Source: Octopus sinensis (Eukaryota). From it: DNA of 64,000 bases. Position 1 is the stretch's first letter; each line of letters starts with the position of its first letter. Positions 29,393 through 42,869 of the stretch are shown one piece after another. Below the pieces are notes generated by a model. It did not search any database. It saw only the letters and a list, made by a program, of their open reading frames with translations, and was not told the origin of the DNA. The position numbers and the translations under genes are program-made. The stretch is taken from contig NC_043002.1 of NCBI RefSeq assembly GCF_006345805.1, positions 116,932,001 to 116,996,000 of the forward strand. Reading direction: 5' to 3'.

Positions 29393-29479
29393 CTATTAAA
29401 GGAATGGACGAGGCCGCCCGAGGAGTGGATTCTGCCAGCAATAGCAACAAGACGAAAAAGGCGACGAAAATGTTCATTC
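29393..29479 (-). CDS. Internal coding exon ('exon 8a') of a nicotinic acetylcholine receptor-type Cys-loop subunit: M2 helix plus M2-M3 loop
   Basis: Minus strand reads ttttacag|GA ATG AAC...TTA ATA G|gtgagt; 87 nt, phase 1-1. Translates (G)MNIFVAFFVLLLLLAESTPRAASSIPLI(G/x), aligning without gaps to alpha7 exon 8 [29 protein letters not shown] (also 87 nt, phase 1-1). From memory the GMNIFVAFF M2 resembles molluscan anion-selective nAChR subunits; this needs a BLAST check. Confidence 0.9.
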
Positions 29480-30121
29480 CTGTAAAATAAACCAGATATG
29501 CATAAAACATGGAAATTGAGTGAGCGAGGGTCAGTTTTATGTTATTGGTAGGTGCTGTTTGGCTAACTTATTTTTCCGTTTTTGCCCCATCTCAATCATT
29601 TGGTTTCAATTTTCTGAGTAAATTTCTTTGATATTCACGCAGTTTCGCTTTCGGTGATGTGTCATGGTCACTGTTCAATTTAAGAAACATGAATTCTATT
29701 TTGTTTTATAACATAAGTAATTTTAAGACTAGATTTTTTTTCCTTTCATATATTTCTTAGTTTATAAGTAAATATTTAAATAATCAATCCTTAAGTGTTA
29801 ATTTAGCAATCATAGTAATTAAAAGTTTTAATATATATTGAATGCCAACAATTGTTTATTTGATATTTTTCTACTTTAATTTTCTTTTGAACAGTATAAC
29901 TCTAATTTTACGAAACATTGGCATTCGAACTTCCGTAAATGTATATTCCACTAGCCCTAATCTCATTACCATACGTGTATTAATTATTTTAATTTATAAA
30001 CAATCACACATTCATAATAAATACTTAAAAATCCTAAGTATATATATATATATATATGCATATGTGTGTATATATATGTATATATATATATATATAGACA
30101 TACATACTCACACGCACACAT

Positions 30122-30173
<52 letters not shown>

Positions 30174-30403
30174 TTATCGTTATGTCATTATCGTTATGTA
30201 ATGTAATATGCATACTAAAAAATCTAATTAGAAATATTTCAGCCGTGAGGAGAGAGAACTAGAGCAACAGCCCAGTATCAAAGCGATATTTTAATTATTT
30301 CGGTAAGTATATCACAGAAGGTGGGACATATATTAGTGTTATTAGATCACCTTAGGGATATATAGTTTCCACAGTACTGGCCGAGGTCGGGACAATGGTA
30401 TTA

Positions 30404-30447
<44 letters not shown>

Positions 30448-30724
30448 TACACATGATTACCCATTTACAGCCATTGAGTTAATGTTTTTATCTCACTTCA
30501 TATTTCTAATTAGATGTTTAGTATATTAAATAAGTTAACAATAAGTTTGTTTAATTCCATGCAAGCTGTATATGTATATATTAGCGTTTTATAGGAAAGT
30601 ACATAGCACAATTTTAGCGCACAGCGAACACAACGAATATCGGTGGTTAATGGTTTCATAAAATTTAGGATGTTTAGTATGTCTTATCACTACATCATTC
30701 TCACGATTCTTGCAGCTTACTACG

Positions 30725-31025
30725 AAAGTGCAGTTATAAGAACTCCAACACATCTTTAGTCGGAAGACCGAGAAAACTTAAAAGAGCCAATGAGCTTAAA
30801 ATCTTTATTCTTTTACTTTATACTTAAAGGACATAAAATGAAGGCGAAACAAACCTGTGTCTTGCATATAACACCCACGCATACACACACACACTCACAC
30901 CACTCACATGCACACAAAAATGCACAATATAAGAATATATACAATATATATATATTTTGTTTTTTTCGTAAACTCTCCCTATATATATATATATATATGA
31001 ATGATAATTTTCTTGCAATCACTAT
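30725..31025 (+). repeat. Source copy of a ~301-bp inverted duplication (partner 35524-35824)
   Basis: Near-identical to the reverse complement of 35524-35824; the ORF track shows the same peptides on opposite strands with one residue different. Confidence 0.95.
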
Positions 31026-32574
31026 GAAAAGTGATTATATTTCATACAATGCAACTGAATGTTTTCTGAAAAGTTTATGACTAGATGGGTTGTTTTCAAA
31101 ATTAGGTATGTTTTAAAATTACTGGAATATTTTCGTAAATGGTTGAACAAAAAAAGTAATACTTGAAATGAGTCCAATCAGGATAGCTTTAATAGATTAC
31201 ACATATGAAACAAACGTTGCAACTACTCTCCATTACATATGAGAATCAATGTATATGAATTAAAGAAAAAGACAATTCCTTTAATGAACAATCCTTAATT
31301 GACCTCGCTATTATTATGTTGTTTTTTTTTTAACTCAAACCCAGGTTACATATAGATTCAAATATTTCTGAGTGCTGAAAATATCAGGCATATAAACTTG
31401 GATTTGAATTAGCCATTTCCAGCCTCATTGATAAATATCTAAAAATATTATTGTAAATGATACGCAAATGATACGCAAGATTATTGGAAAAAAATAATGA
31501 CTACTCCATAGAACTCTACAACACACACGCAGTGTGGATACTCATATCAATACTTGAAACTCATATCAGAATAAACACGAATGTCGTTTTATCGACACTA
31601 GCAAACTCGATATGATAAAATAAATCAACAAAGATATTACATAATTATGGCTGCAACTAAGCGGTTGAAACCGGTAAGAAAACCAAAAATATGAACGTTT
31701 AAGGTCATTTATATATTGTTTAGCCATCTATCACTTTATACCTTTGTGTCCATACGTTTATATATATTTATATACACACACATGCACACACACACGCACG
31801 CACGCACACAAACACACACACAGTATTTCCTGTTTGTTCAGTGGAAGGTGCGACAGCTTCTACGCGAAGAGCATAATCAAGACTTCCAGTAATAATAAAA
31901 TGCACTTACCACAGTGCTTTGTAATATTACTGATTACTGCTCAGAGCAATTTTAAGAAAGCATTTGACAAACACAAGATAAATCAACTCATACTATTTCT
32001 GCCTATGCACGTTTCCCCATTATGGCTAATTTGTATCTTCTGCAGGGGTTGTGCATGGTGCAATTGGACCCAGTTGTACAATGTCCTACACAAGCAGTTG
32101 ATGCATTTAGTCACAATGGCAAAATGTGTGTTGGAAACAAATCGTATAAGTTGAATAACACAAACATATTTGCATTTGTATGTATGTATATATATATGTA
32201 TGTATTAGAACACAGGCACCATCACCTTCCAAACAATCTTATCTAAATCATAATATACAGAGCTCGATATAGTATGGGTTAGTGCTTCAATACTTAATGC
32301 TTCAATATACATAATGTTAATGAAATAAGTTAAATAAGTCGGAATCTATATGTATAAATGTATATATGCATGTATGAATGTATGCATGTATGCATATTTG
32401 CGCATATATAAGAGTAAATATATATTTATATATCTGTATGTACGTATGTATGTATGTATGTATGTATGTATGTATGTATTTATGTATATATGCATGTATG
32501 CATGTATGTATGAATGTATGTATGCGTATATTTATTTGGACTCTTAATAATTCTAATAATGAAATTGTTGTATA

Positions 32575-32815
32575 ATGTGCTCAGGTTCACTACAGCAAAG
32601 AAAAAAGGCATTAGGTGAATTTCAGTAAAAATGGAAGTTTTGAAGGTTGTAGCTGACAACCGATGCATGTAGTTTATTCCAAGCTTTAGCAATTCTGAGC
32701 GTGAAAAACTGTTTCCGAATGGGAGTAATGTTCATTTTTGATTGTGTATGTCCACGAGTGTTTGACATATGGAATTCAAAACGGCGCCAAGATTGTTGTT
32801 GGAAAGGTGGTGGAT
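32575..32815 (-). mobile_element. CR1/L2-group LINE 3' end
   Basis: SNTRGH....IRKQFFTLRIAKAWNKLHASVVS is the typical CR1/L2 ORF2 terminus. Confidence 0.75.
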
Positions 32816-33752
32816 AATATATATATATACAAATAAAAATATATATATACACATTTATATGCATACATACATTCACACACAAACATGTTTAGTTTAGTTA
32901 TAATTACGATTTTACATTAATCTGGTGGTTACTCTATACTTTTGTAGAGTACAAGTCTTTTATAGAGTACAAGAATATTGTTGACAGGGAATCCCAAGTT
33001 TCAGCCAGTTAAACAATCGTCGGAGAGACAGAGAGAGAGAGAGAGAGTAGATATGTTCATTGATTAAAATTATTATCATCAAGGTTTGGTCTATTTCTTT
33101 CACTTCAAAATTCCTCTGAAAATTGTCAGATGAAGGAAACGTGACGAGTCTTGTAAGAAAAATATATAAATAAATATGACCTTATCTTGACCGACGGAGT
33201 GAACTGTTACACTCGAAATTTTACTACATGTCGTCAGTTGTTCAAACGTAAGTATCACAGACTCCTTCTGTCTGAACAACTGATTAAATGTTGGAAACAA
33301 TTCATATCGGAGTAACTAAACTATCGCATTCTACGTTTCAGTCTTTCTTTTCCTATTATATTTATAATAGATTCACTAATACAATCACCAATATAAATGC
33401 AAACACTCCTACTTATGTACACATTAATATAGATGCATATAGGCTATTGTGTAGCTTAGGAGCTATTGCCAAATTTTCATATTTGACACAGAAAAAAATC
33501 TCTGGAATTCAAATCTGAATGGGTGACATGAAAATTCTTTAAACTCACTGTAATTTATTTAGAGAAAAGAAACAAACTCTCTTGGAAAATGCAGCAGAGA
33601 CTTGTTTGTACTTTATGCACGCTGGCCTTCAATATTTGCAAGCATCTTTATTCCACCAACTCCGATATTTGCATGTTTCAGTGTTCCACCCATTATATAT
33701 ATTGTTATATAATTTACTCTACGCTCTTTTCAATTCTCGTATTCTTCTACAT

Positions 33753-33994
33753 CAGTGACTCTCAAACGGGGTCTATATAGTCACTGGAACTCCATATAAG
33801 ATTTTGTTGTTAAAATTTATGCGCAAGAAATTTGTTAGTATTCAACAATATACAAAATATTTTAACAAGTTTCTTTATACGATTCCTAATATCTGATTAT
33901 AAATATGTAATAGGATTTTTTAAATATCGAATGTTTATGAGGGTCCATTTGAGTAAAATAAGAAGCAAATGGGTCCACATGTTGAGAACAAGTG
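33753..33994. mobile_element. hAT/Charlie-type MITE
   Basis: Imperfect TIRs cagtgactctcaa / ttgagaacaagtg, with 8-bp flanks ttctacat / ttttagat (6 of 8 identical; hAT-like target site duplication). Confidence 0.55.
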
Positions 33995-34079
33995 TTTTAG
34001 ATAACCTTCACTGCAATATGTGTGTGTGTAATTGTGTGTGTATGTGTGTATATATACACACGCATACACATACACATTC

Positions 34080-34500
34080 TTCATGTCCTCATAATGTCCC
34101 ATGCCTACAACTGCCGGTGATCATGGAGGTCCAAAACCTTTATTCCCCATCCACTGCTCCACACTGGAGTTGGTCATTCTGTCGCCATATTATTTCTCTC
34201 TGCTTTCCCTGGCTGACTCCTCCTTTATCTTTACCATTTGTCATTAAGTTTTCAAACTCTGGGGTTATTTTTTATATGATATCCAATAAAGTAAGTCTGT
34301 TACCTCCTTGTGTATAAAACATTTCTGTTAGTTACTGCTTGTCTAACGACATCAGTGTTGTCACTGTGTGTACATAGGGCACCAATATTGTTCATAGGAA
34401 CCACATCTCCGCAACGTCGTTAAGCCAGTTATGTTCTGGGTTGCCACACATATGTAAGGCGGTTCTGTGTATATTCCCCGGAGTCTTTTCTTACTCTTAC
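34080..34500 (-). mobile_element. Degenerate RTE-clade LINE 3' end
   Basis: Minus strand reads AEMWFL....P and FENLMTNGK.KG..SQGKQRE, typical of the RTE ORF end. Confidence 0.65.
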
Positions 34501-35020
34501 TGGTTAGATCTTTATTTTAAAATACTTTCTTGTTGATCTCCCAAAATAAACAGTTTTCCTTTTCATTACTTTATTCCTTTTTTTTCTTTTTGATATTTTA
34601 CTAATTTAATCTACTAATTGCTTTGAAATCTTCAAATCTATCGAAATCGTTAAAGCTCGTAAGCCCTTTCATTTAGATATAATTCTAAATTGAAAGGAGC
34701 TAACGAATAAGCAGCAAAAATCAGAATTGGAAATGTAATAGGATAAGAAAATATAAAAGTACGATAGGAGGATCTTATGAACAGACAAGTTTTTATTATA
34801 TAGTGACAAAATTTAACGATCGGTTGAAAATCTAACAGGTATGATATGTATACAGATAAGTGGACAAAACATCAACAATATCCGTTATGCGGACGTCAAT
34901 GTGCTCATAGCAAAAACCAGAGGAATATTTACCAACATTAGTTAATTAAATTAAAGATGAAAGAGAAAAATGGAAGAAACATAAGTATGCATGATTTACA
35001 TATAGGTATATGTATATGTT

Positions 35021-35057
<37 letters not shown>

Positions 35058-35490
35058 GTGTGTATGTAAGCATATACTTATTTATATATATACACATACA
35101 TGTGTAGATGAATGTATAGGTGTGCGTGTATGCAGGAATGTACATGTGTGTGGGTGACTTTGTGTGTGTTGGTATTATATAAAAATAACAGCAGCTAATA
35201 AGCTCAAACATACAACCTCAGAATATCTCTAACATTATAAACCCCAATACTTGAGTTGTTATCAGCCGGGACAAAAAAACTCGGCTAGACTGCTGTTTTC
35301 GTATTTCTTCATATACTAAATCTGCCATCTCTACCCTATATACTGATTTCTCTATCAGAAAAGGCATAAAAATAAACCCTATACAATTTACGATATTTAC
35401 ATTGATATTTACATTCATGCAACACACACACAGACACATATATATACACACGCGTATGTATATATGTATATATAATCACACACACACACA

Positions 35491-35523
<33 letters not shown>

Positions 35524-35531
<8 letters not shown>

Positions 35532-35819
35532 TGCAAGAAAATTATCATTCATATATATATATATATATAGGGAGAGTTTACGAAAAAAACAAAATATATA
35601 TATATTGTATATATTCTTATATTGTGCATTTTTGTGTGCATGTGAGTGGTATGAGTGTGTGTGTGTATGCGTGGGTGTTATATGCAAGACACAGGTTTGT
35701 TTCGCCTTCATTTTATGTCCTTTAAGTATAAAGTAAAAGAATAAAGATTTTAAGCTCATTGGCTCTTTTAAGTTTTCTCGGTCTTCCGACTAAAGATGTG
35801 TTGGAGTTCTTATAACTGC

Positions 35820-35824
<5 letters not shown>
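35524..35824 (-). repeat. Inverted copy of 30725-31025 embedded in (TA)n
   Basis: Bounded on both sides by (TA)n tracts. Confidence 0.95.
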
Positions 35825-35883
<59 letters not shown>

Positions 35884-36036
35884 GAATATTGTTGGGCATT
35901 TTGATGAGATACACTCAAGACGAAACTGATTTATCTCGAGTTGTACTTATGCACCTTGTTAGTATGTATGTCCCTGGGAAGTTCATTTGACAAAGCATTA
36001 TATCTGCATACATATAAAATTTGCCCAATTTTCTGT

Positions 36037-36242
36037 GCGTTTACCCTACGGAACTCTTTTAAGCGTTTACCCTACGGGACTCTTTTGAGCGTTTACCCTA
36101 CGGGACTCTTTTGAGCGTTTACCCTACGGGACTCTTTTGAGCGTTTACCTTACGGGACTCTTTTGAGCGTTTACCCTACGGGACTCTTTTGAGCGTTTAC
36201 CCTACGGGACTCTTTTGAGCGTTTACCCTACAGGACTCTTTG
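36037..36242. repeat. 26-bp minisatellite, about 8 copies
   Basis: Unit gcgtttaccctacgggactcttttga starts at 36037, 36063, 36089, 36115, 36141, 36167, 36193 and 36219; there are no spacers. Confidence 0.95.
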
Positions 36243-37028
36243 TCACAGAAAGGTTGTCTAGTGTTTACAACACCTATTAATGGATAAAGCTCTAGACATA
36301 TTATGTACCTTAGTGGTAAACATACTTGGAGACATGATCGCATACATTTCCTGTATACAGATGTTATCTCTTTCTGCTTATTGTTCACTATATAAACTGT
36401 AAATTCAGAAACTGCTTTATTTTAGGGAGCACTTTGGTGACACATTGCTAAGGTAAGATTACTTATGATATGCCTTGTAAGAATACGTATGAAAAATGTG
36501 ACAGTGTATAATTCATACACACCCATCTCATTTACACACCTATAAGCGCGCGTGTACGCGTGTATGTGCATGAGTGTGCGTGTGTGTGTTTAAGGTTATT
36601 CGCTTAAAGTAATCTCATGAATGAAATCGAAGTTAGTGTTGGTGAGACTCAATACTATTAGGAGACTCGCAATTCTTACAGATCTCATTTTGATCGGGTT
36701 ATGAAGCTGTCGTATATGCGTGCATGTGCTTGATGGGAGAGGCGTGGGGATATTCCACCTAAGTGTGTGTGTGTGTGAGTGTGTATAAATGTGTAAATGT
36801 GTGTGTACTTGTTTGTATTTGTGCTTGTTTCTCGCCACTTCAAAACCAGCTTTGATTTACTTAAGTCCCTGTAACTGATTTGCGACATCAAAGATAAAAT
36901 AAAGCACCGTTTGGTTGACTAAAACATTCAAGATGGCACCCTAACATAGTCGAAGACCAGTGAGAAAGACAAGTAAAGAAATAAAGAATATACTATGTAC
37001 AAATTACGGATATATATATATATATACA

Positions 37029-37385
37029 TATTGGGCTGGCAACTAAGTTCCCGCCGTTTTTATAAATTTTCGGGATTTACTGCGTTTTTAAATTTTGGAA
37101 TCTATTTACTTCGAGTATTCTATTTTTGAATGATTTTGGCATCTATTTTTCTTTCTTTCCAGTTAATTTGAGTTATTTTTTGTTTATTTTCAGATCTTTA
37201 AAATGAGTGTCAAATTAAGGAAAACGAGCATTTCGACACCTCCTTCTTTTTGCTTTTAATCAAGGTTCTAAGGCCACAAAAGCTGATCGCGACATTTGTG
37301 TTGTGTATGGAGAGGGTGCCATAGCTGAAAGAACCGCTCGTGATTGCTATGCCAAGTTCAAAAATGGAAATTTTGACTTCAAAGT
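37029..37385 (+). mobile_element. Left end of a mariner (Tc1/mariner) transposon with truncated transposase
   Basis: TA followed by the TIR-like ttgggctggcaactaagttc, then a frameshifted HTH region ENEHFRHLLLFAFNQGSKATKA.RDICVVYGEGAIAERTARD.YAKFKNGNFD. Confidence 0.85.
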
Positions 37386-37877
37386 CTGGTCTCAAATGCG
37401 CTGTGCTACTGATAATCGTTCCATATCTCTAGATTAGTTCGTGATTTAATTATGCATCTAATTGAAGCATATTAAATAAAAGCACAGGTTTAAATGGATG
37501 TGAAAACTATCTTATTTCATTAAAAAACTACTATTAGATCAAATATTTATATTATATTCTTTAAATTGTTGAATTCTTAAAAAATAATTCCACATTCAGT
37601 GGGAACCGTAGGATTGGAAGGTAAACGAACCATAGAAATAAAAGACTTCCTATTCACTCTGTAAACCTAAGTGGTCAGAAGAAACCCACACATCCAAATA
37701 TTGAAACGGCAATACTTGCAGTAATAAAACATGATACTAAGTACCTTTGGTGATGAGCCCGAGTGACATGTAACCTGATGATATAAGATTCACTATATGC
37801 TGCAGCTGATATAGGTTTGCTTCAGAAATACCTATTCATGTATTTGTATAAATATGGGTGTGTGGATGTATATAACG

Positions 37878-37979
<102 letters not shown>

Positions 37980-38034
37980 CTTTCCCCATGCCTATTGGAG
38001 TAAATTCCCTTTATTCAACGGTTTTTTCCATAGC

Positions 38035-38111
38035 GTTGTCTTAATAACTGATGAGATGCCAAAGCAAACTTCAGCCCCGGCATCCGAAACTCTGAGTTTT
38101 ATTATGACAAC
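38035..38111 (+). ncRNA. Type I minimal hammerhead ribozyme in the PLE 5' pLTR
   Basis: Stem I GTTGTC-t-TAATAA/TTATTA-t-GACAAC; core CTGATGA; stem II GATGCC/GGCATC; CGAAA; near-palindromic stem III ACTC-T-GAGT; cleavage triplet GUU. Confidence 0.8.
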
Positions 38112-41025
38112 CAACTAATTGTCACATATATTTACAGATAAATTCTCTATTTTACATAATATCGAGGTCTCATTCATTCTTTTTTTGTCATATCATTATT
38201 ATTAATAAATTACCTCCCATATACCACAGCTTTTTTTCTAGAAGCATATACAGCTTGTTTTGAAAACATTCCCTTAAAATCGGTTGAGGACTCTGTCCTG
38301 CAGAAGAATTTAATATGGATGTCATCAGTATCGATTATTCTATGAGAATCATACCTATATTATCCAGGGAACTATACTCTAAGTAACTTTTGGAGAAAAC
38401 TACAGACCTTATTAAGTGTATGAGATGGAAAGCCAACATGGAAAAGGTTACTACAGAGAAAATATTTTAGGGAATAAAATAAAAGAAATTACCTCTTAAA
38501 ATCAAGGTCTTAGAAGACTTCGAAAGGGACCTACTGAATCTTATAAACAAAATGAAATTTCGTAATTCTTTTAACACTTTCCAACAGAAACTGAAAAATG
38601 ACATCAAATACATAAAAAGTTCCAAAAAAAAAACAACGGCACTTTTTTCTGATAAAACCAAGAACTTATACCTTGTAAAAAAAAACACATACTCACCACT
38701 TCTACATAACAACATTATTAATAATTACACTAAAGCTGGACCACAAGTTTATAACGTCATTAATAAAGAAGCTAGCATCATCGCTGCTAGGCTTAAATTA
38801 GATAAAAAAATAGAGGTCCTCCCAGAAAGAGGCCTTTGTAACTATTAAAGACCATAAAAAGAACTTCCTATCTAATCCTAAATGTAGACTTATTAACCCA
38901 TCAAATGAGAAATTGGTATTATTAGTAAGGAATTTTAAGGAAAAATTAATGCTAAAGTCAGAAATGCTACTAGGTTAGTACAATGGTCTAAAAGTATAGA
39001 AGTGGTTGACTGGTTTAAAGCCATTAGGAATAAAAATAAAGGGAGATTTACACAATTTGATATTGTAGATTTCTATGCTTCTGTCTCTAAAGAACTGCTC
39101 GATAAAGCCCCCATCTTCGCAAGCGAATTTATAGAAATTTTACACAAGATAAGGACATAATCTTCCATGCTAGAAAGACTTTACTTTTCGGTGAGAACGC
39201 AGAGTGGATTAAGACAACCGATACAGCGGGTGCCTTCGAAATGAGCATGGGATCATATGATGGCGCAGGCATATGCGATCTCTTTGGACTATTCCTACTC
39301 GATACGTTGGGTAAAACTTTTCCTGGTATATATTTTGCCATGTACAAAGATGATGCTCTAGCTTCAACCACAAACATCAATGGGCCAGCGCAAGCTCGGT
39401 TTAGGAAGGACATTATCCAAATGATGAAAACATTCAATCTTAGCAAAACAATAGATGCCAACCTCATGATTGTCAATTTCCTATATGTATCTTTAGGTTT
39501 AAATAAGAATATTTACAAATCCTATAGAAAGTCCAACGATAGGCTTAGCTATATTAATGTAGGTTCCTACCATCCCCCCATAGTATTTAAGAATTTAGTT
39601 AAAACACTAGTAAGAGAATTTCTAGCCCCTCCTTCAATATAAACATTTTTAATAGTGTTGCCCCAATAAATAATAAAGCTCTAAAAGATAGTGGTTTTAG
39701 CGAGGAAATAACCTATACACCTGTCATTAGTCCAGTAACAAAAAAAAGGAAAAATAGGAATGGGAAAATTATCTGGTTCACACCACCTTACTCATCAGAA
39801 GTGACCTTTAATATAGGTAGATATTTCTCATCACTTATAGATAGGCATTTCCCAATCAATCATAATCATAGAACGCTCTTTAATAGGCACAACTTAAAAT
39901 TAACTTTAGTTCTACTACTAACTTTAAAAATATAATTGCACACAACTAACAAAAACGACAAAAGGAAGCAAACTGTTCTTGCAGAGTTAAAAATTTGTAC
40001 CCGCTAAATGGAACTTGTATGACCGAGGCCATCATTTATGAAGCCACCGTAGATTCTACAACCACTAAGGACATAGTTTCGTCAAAGATATATGTGGGTG
40101 TCAAAGAGGGAAATTTTAAAGCCAGGTTTAACAATCACACCTTATGTTTTAGACACTGGGATTAAAGGGAAACAACCAAATTATCCAGTTATATATGGTC
40201 CTTAAAAAAAAGGTGTCAGCTATAAGAGACACTGGAATATCTTGGCCAAGTGTAAAGTGTAAAGTGCAGTTTTTCCGATATGGAAACATGGTTCATCTGG
40301 AAGAGTTCTTTAGACCCCGCTACATGTCTAAATTCAAGAACTGAAATTTTGGGTCATGTCCATATATGACAAAACATTTGCTACGTTTTTGGAACCCCCA
40401 AGATCACAGATAGAACCTGCTTTTTATACTATGTCCACGTACAAGCATTTTATATGTTTTAACATCTTTTATATTATTTCTTATATATATTTTATTGCTT
40501 TATACATTTTCTGTATATTGTTTACACCCTTTATAATTATGTAACTTATACGCGTGTAGTATATAACTAATGTGTATGTGCGTGCATGTATACATGTGTA
40601 CGAATTATTGTATATATACATATATATATATATATACGAGTGCAAGACTGTACCTGTTGTAATTGTCTCCCTCCTTCATACATATATCTATGTATATACT
40701 TTTATATATATGCAGGTGTAGATGTGTTTGACAGACAGGAGGGTGTATTTGTGTATATACATATATAACTCATTTATATATTCAAGTTTTGCGGCGAATG
40801 GGAATGCTTTACCGTTTATGCTTTTTTTTGCATATATGTTTTTATTTGTATATACGTCTTTCCACGTATGTATATGCACATACGTATGAACTACATTTTG
40901 TATATCTGCATATGTATGTATGTGTGCGTGTAGAGATGTGTATATGAGTATAGTGATGCCTGCATGGGTATATGTGCCAATTGGAGTAATTTTCCTTTAT
41001 TCAACGGTTTTTTCTTCATAGCGTT

Positions 41026-41098
41026 TGTCTTAATAACTGATGAGATGCCAAAGCAAACTTCAGCCCCGGCATCCGAAACTCTGTGTTTTATTATGACA
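41026..41098 (+). ncRNA. Hammerhead ribozyme motif, pLTR copy 2
   Basis: Same core and stems I and II as 38035-38111; loop III is TCTGT. Confidence 0.75.
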
Positions 41099-41125
41099 CC
41101 CCAAAAATTGTCAATCGTATCATAC

Positions 41126-41230
<105 letters not shown>

Positions 41231-41648
41231 TATATAATATATATATACATATATATATATTATACGAGTGCAAGACTGTACCTGTTGTAATTGTCTCCCT
41301 CCTTCATACATATATCTATGTATATACTTTTATATATATGCAGGTGTAGATGTGTTTGACAGACAGGAGGGTGTATTGTGTATATACATATATAACTCAT
41401 TATATATTCAAGTTTTGCGGCGAATGGGAATGCTTTACCGTTTATGCTTTTTTTGCATATATGTTTTTATTTGTATATACGTCTTCCACGTATGTATATG
41501 CACATACGTATGAAACACATTTTGTATATCTGCATATGTATGTATGTTGTGCGTGTAGAGATGTGTATATGAGTATAGTGATGCCTGCATGGGTATATGT
41601 GCCAATTGGAGTAATTTTCCTTTATTCAACGGTTTTTTCTTCATAGCT

Positions 41649-41723
41649 TTGTCTTAATAACTGATGAGATGCCAAAGCAAACTTCAGCCCCGGCATCCGA
41701 AACTCTGTGTTTTATTATGACAA
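41649..41723 (+). ncRNA. Hammerhead ribozyme motif, pLTR copy 3
   Basis: Same core and stems as the copy at 41026-41098. Confidence 0.75.
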
Positions 41724-41771
41724 CCCAAAAATTGTCACATCGTATCATACATACATACATACATATATATC

Positions 41772-41858
<87 letters not shown>

Positions 41859-42011
41859 TATATATATACATACATATATATGGTTAATCCAAACATGAAA
41901 ACACAACAACGCGAGGACGTGGAACAATATAGTATTATTGGACGCTCAGGAATGAAGGGATGTATAATATATATATATATATATACTATATATATATATA
42001 TCTATATTATA

Positions 42012-42053
<42 letters not shown>

Positions 42054-42340
42054 TTATATATATGTGTATGTATGTAGGCATGTATGTATGTATATGCATA
42101 AATATGTATGCAGAAATGTATACATATATGTGTGGAATTATGCTTGTGTGTGTGTTTGTATAAGGCATAAAAGACTATCTGTTTAAAACTTGCAACCCCC
42201 AAATTTTTATTTGAGCTAAAATAAATTAATCAATAAATATGGTAATGATCGAAAAAGCAGGCATGAGAGAGAGGGAGAGAGTGTGGAAGAAACGAGAGAG
42301 TTAGAGAGAAGGAGAGAAAGAGAGGGAGAGAGAGAAAGAA

Positions 42341-42380
<40 letters not shown>

Positions 42381-42578
42381 TCCGAAATGACAAAACTTTC
42401 ACTGTGGAGTAGAAAATGGTTAGAACAGCAAAATATAAGAATCTCAAAACTGCAGTGAAAGCGGAGAGAGGCGATAGCAACAAGCAAACTGTACGAGGTG
42501 GGAGGAGTATTGAAAATATTAACACGAATAGTTTCTAATGTATATATAAAGTTGCATATTTATGAATAATATATTAGC

Positions 42579-42609
<31 letters not shown>

Positions 42610-42869
42610 GATATATATATATATATATTATATATATATATAATATATATATATTATATAATGTGAAATAGAAAGATGAATAATCTTGTAGTAGATTAAT
42701 CAAAAGTTTAACCGATACCTTAGTAGCAAAAATCACAGCAGTGAACAGCACGGTTGGAGGTACAACCATCTGGCGTTGCAACCGTGCGTTGGTGCGGATA
42801 ATTGAAATTAAAACATTATTGGTGAATTGAAGAAATGGAGCTGAACGCAGATTGAACAGAATCGTTTTA

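Noticed and set aside
29269-29479. Reading MNIFVAFFVLLLLLAES... as duplicated signal-peptide exons of a secreted peptide
   Set aside because: The exons are symmetrical phase 1-1 and match the nAChR M2 and M2-M3 motif (AE..P.....PLI) and the alpha7 exon-8 length, so the Met is internal.
36037-36242. CRISPR-like array
   Set aside because: The units are contiguous with no unique spacers, there are no cas genes, and the context is eukaryotic.
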